From Longimicrobiales bacterium (GTDB lineage Bacteria > Gemmatimonadota > Gemmatimonadetes > Longimicrobiales > Gaopeijiaceae), in the NCBI GenBank assembly GCA_965202805.1, contig OZ241869.1:2272001-2336000 (forward strand): a DNA stretch of 64,000 bases, in the 5' to 3' direction. Position numbers and translations under genes: made by a program. Within the stretch, counting starts at the first letter, position 1; the number at the start of each line of letters is the position of its first letter. The notes under the pieces were generated by a model that ran no database searches, was not told where the DNA came from, and was given only the letters and a program-made list of their open reading frames with translations. Of this stretch, positions 62,238 to 64,000 are shown one piece after another.

Positions 62238-63293
62238 CTACTCCCGGCCGCGCCGGCGCCGGAGCGACTCCCGCCGCTGGCGATAGCTCGCGTATGCCCG
62301 GGGATGGTCCTCGTTGGCGCGCGTGGGCTCGGAGAAGGCGGTCAGGTGCACGGCGGTCTCCCGATGGACGAGGGCCCCTGCGATCGCGCCCCTCGCCACG
62401 ACCCCCACGTCATGCCCCAGCGCGACGGCCGGGTGGACATCGAACGCCCCCTCCCGCAGACGGTCGACGAAGGCGCGCGCGTGCTTCCGCCGGGGCGCCC
62501 GGTCGCGGGCGGTCGGCCGCTCCATCGCGTCGATCGCGTAGCTGCGCACCAGCTTGGGAAGGAAGGCCGCGAAGGTCTCGTGCCTGTCGAAGAGATCCAT
62601 GCCGAACTGCCGGGCGCCGGTAACGAAGATGGCGCCGATCTGACCGTCAATCAGGGACAGCTTCTCGACGTAGTCGTCCAGCGTGGCCCCGTGGCGCTCG
62701 TAGATCGCGCTCATCGCCTGGGTCGGGGAGTGCACCTCCATGCGGGCGGCCTTCTCGCTCAGGGCATCCCAGACCGCGCCCTGGTCGGAGCGCCGGGTCC
62801 CCGTGGTGCGGATCGATGCCTGCACGCTGTGGAGTCGGGCCGCGCGCCCGCGGCTGTTCTGCACTCGCTCGGTCACGTCGAAGTCGGGCTGGCTGTAGCC
62901 CCAGCGCCCGGCCTCCACGCACGACACCGGGATGGTCGTGGTGCGCTCGGCCGGAACCAGCAGGGTGAGGTTGGCGATCCGGTTCTGCTTGGCGCCCACC
63001 AGCTCCTCGCCATCGACGATGAGCACGTCGGCATCGGACCGGTTCTTGACCAGGAGATTGGGCACGCTGCCCCCCTTGTCCACTTCCCGGACCGACACCA
63101 GCCCGGTGCGCAGGCCCTCCTCAAGGAGCAGGTAGCGGACGGAACTCACCAGATCCGACGTCAGCGGGAAGACGGTCAGGCCGGCGAAGTGCGCGGGCGC
63201 TCCGATCGAGAGGCTGGAGAGCGCGGTCCTGGCGCTGTCGATGGGGGTTTCGGTGGTGTGGGCGTCGGATTCGGCAGGGGGCGGATGGCGCAT
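62238..63293 (-). CDS. ARPP-1 (DUF6569) domain protein
   Basis: LLEEGL..VREVDKGGSVPNL..N...VLIVDGEELVGAKQNR, IPVSCVEAGRW, DQGAVW, KLVRSYAIDA; AAAGGAG RBS. Confidence 0.8.
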   Translation of the reverse strand: MRHPPPAESDAHTTETPIDSARTALSSLSIGAPAHFAGLTVFPLTSDLVSSVRYLLLEEGLRTGLVSVREVDKGGSVPNLLVKNRSDADVLIVDGEELVGAKQNRIANLTLLVPAERTTTIPVSCVEAGRWGYSQPDFDVTERVQNSRGRAARLHSVQASIRTTGTRRSDQGAVWDALSEKAARMEVHSPTQAMSAIYERHGATLDDYVEKLSLIDGQIGAIFVTGARQFGMDLFDRHETFAAFLPKLVRSYAIDAMERPTARDRAPRRKHARAFVDRLREGAFDVHPAVALGHDVGVVARGAIAGALVHRETAVHLTAFSEPTRANEDHPRAYASYRQRRESLRRRRGRE

Positions 63294-63310
63294 GATCGTC
63301 TCTCCTTTTA

Positions 63311-63400
63311 TGTTGTCAGTAATCACCAGTTGATATCAGTATAAGAGACCAGCTGGCGCATGTCAACAGTAGTCATCAGCTAATAGCAGTAAACGACAGC
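63311..63400. repeat. 10-bp phased direct-repeat array (CAGT/CAGC)
   Basis: CAG(T/C) starts at 63317, 63327, 63337, 63367, 63377, 63387 and 63397. Confidence 0.8.
63338..63366 (-). promoter_or_regulatory. Sigma70 promoter for the ARPP-1 gene
   Basis: Minus strand TTGACA (63366-63361), 17-bp spacer, TATACT (63343-63338). Confidence 0.75.
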
Positions 63401-63443
63401 ACAAGGCGGAAACCAGGGACGCCACCGGCCTGAGAGGCAGAGA

Positions 63444-64000
63444 ATGGGCAGCTACACCACGAACGAGCTGGAGCGCGACACCGGCTTCGGGCGGAGGACC
63501 ATCGCCTACTACGTACAGGAGGGCCTGCTGCCCCGGGTCGGCCGGCGCGGGCCGCGCACCCGCTATCCCGAACTGGTGCGGGATCGCCTGCTCTTCATGC
63601 GGCGCGTACGCGAGGCGGAGGCCGAGAGCGAGATCCGGCCCGTTTCCCTGAGCAGCCTGCGCGAGCTGTTCCAGGCCCTGCCCCGCGGGCTGGTCGCAAG
63701 CGTCGCCGCCGGGGAAACCCCGATCACCCCCGACATCGTTTCGCTCTCATCCGTCGAGCAACGTTCCATGGTAGACCGCGTGGCCGCGCTCAGGGCACGG
63801 CTCCTGGACGCGCGGCCCGGGCCGGCCGCCAAGTCCCCGATTGCCCGCGTCTACGAGGGCGAGAGGCTGGAACTCCGGGCGCCAGCGCTCCCGGACTGGG
63901 CGGGCGAGGAATCTGACGCGTACCCGGCAGCCCCGCAGGCACCGCGATTCGGGTTGGAGGACGATGCCGTGGACGAGGCCGTGCGCCGGCCCCGGAGCGC
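63444..64000 (+). CDS. MerR-like HTH DNA-binding protein, 3' truncated by window edge
   Basis: Not in the ORF track because it has no stop in the window; translates MGSYTTNELERDTGFGRRTIAYYVQEGLLPRVGRRGPRTRYPELVRDRLLFMRR; GAGG RBS. Confidence 0.85.
   Translation, partial: MGSYTTNELERDTGFGRRTIAYYVQEGLLPRVGRRGPRTRYPELVRDRLLFMRRVREAEAESEIRPVSLSSLRELFQALPRGLVASVAAGETPITPDIVSLSSVEQRSMVDRVAALRARLLDARPGPAAKSPIARVYEGERLELRAPALPDWAGEESDAYPAAPQAPRFGLEDDAVDEAVRRPRS

Overview
High-GC bacterial chromosomal segment. Gene content suggests Gemmatimonadota, possibly host- or sponge-associated (inference). The left third is mostly housekeeping: tamB (partial), uvrA, pspA, D-amino acid aminotransferase, rho, mlaEFD, FNR, trxB, SDRs, tdh/kbl and glnS. 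Directly after glnS is a visibly AT-richer accessory block (about 23.7-30.7 kb). It encodes an RtcR-like sigma54 enhancer-binding protein, a sigma54-type promoter overlapping that gene's stop codon, a 1274-aa fusion (degenerate HsdM-like methyltransferase, HsdS-like TRD and STAND-type ATPase), and a coupled second ATPase with a possible HEPN-like tail. This is the best candidate for an undescribed inducible defence system. Further right are a decayed vapBC module, a Cys-rich orphan, a prolyl oligopeptidase, a split liv/acyl-CoA ligase operon, a TonB-dependent receptor, beta-propeller and cytochrome genes, an itaconate-like CoA cluster, an Rpn gene with a probable intragenic antitoxin start, and mazEF. 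At the right edge an ARPP-1 (DUF6569) gene lies divergent from a MerR-like HTH gene, across a perfectly 10-bp-phased CAG(T/C) repeat array that flanks a near-consensus sigma70 promoter. No rRNA, tRNA, integrase or CRISPR array was seen. All family assignments come from motif recognition by eye, not from database searches.
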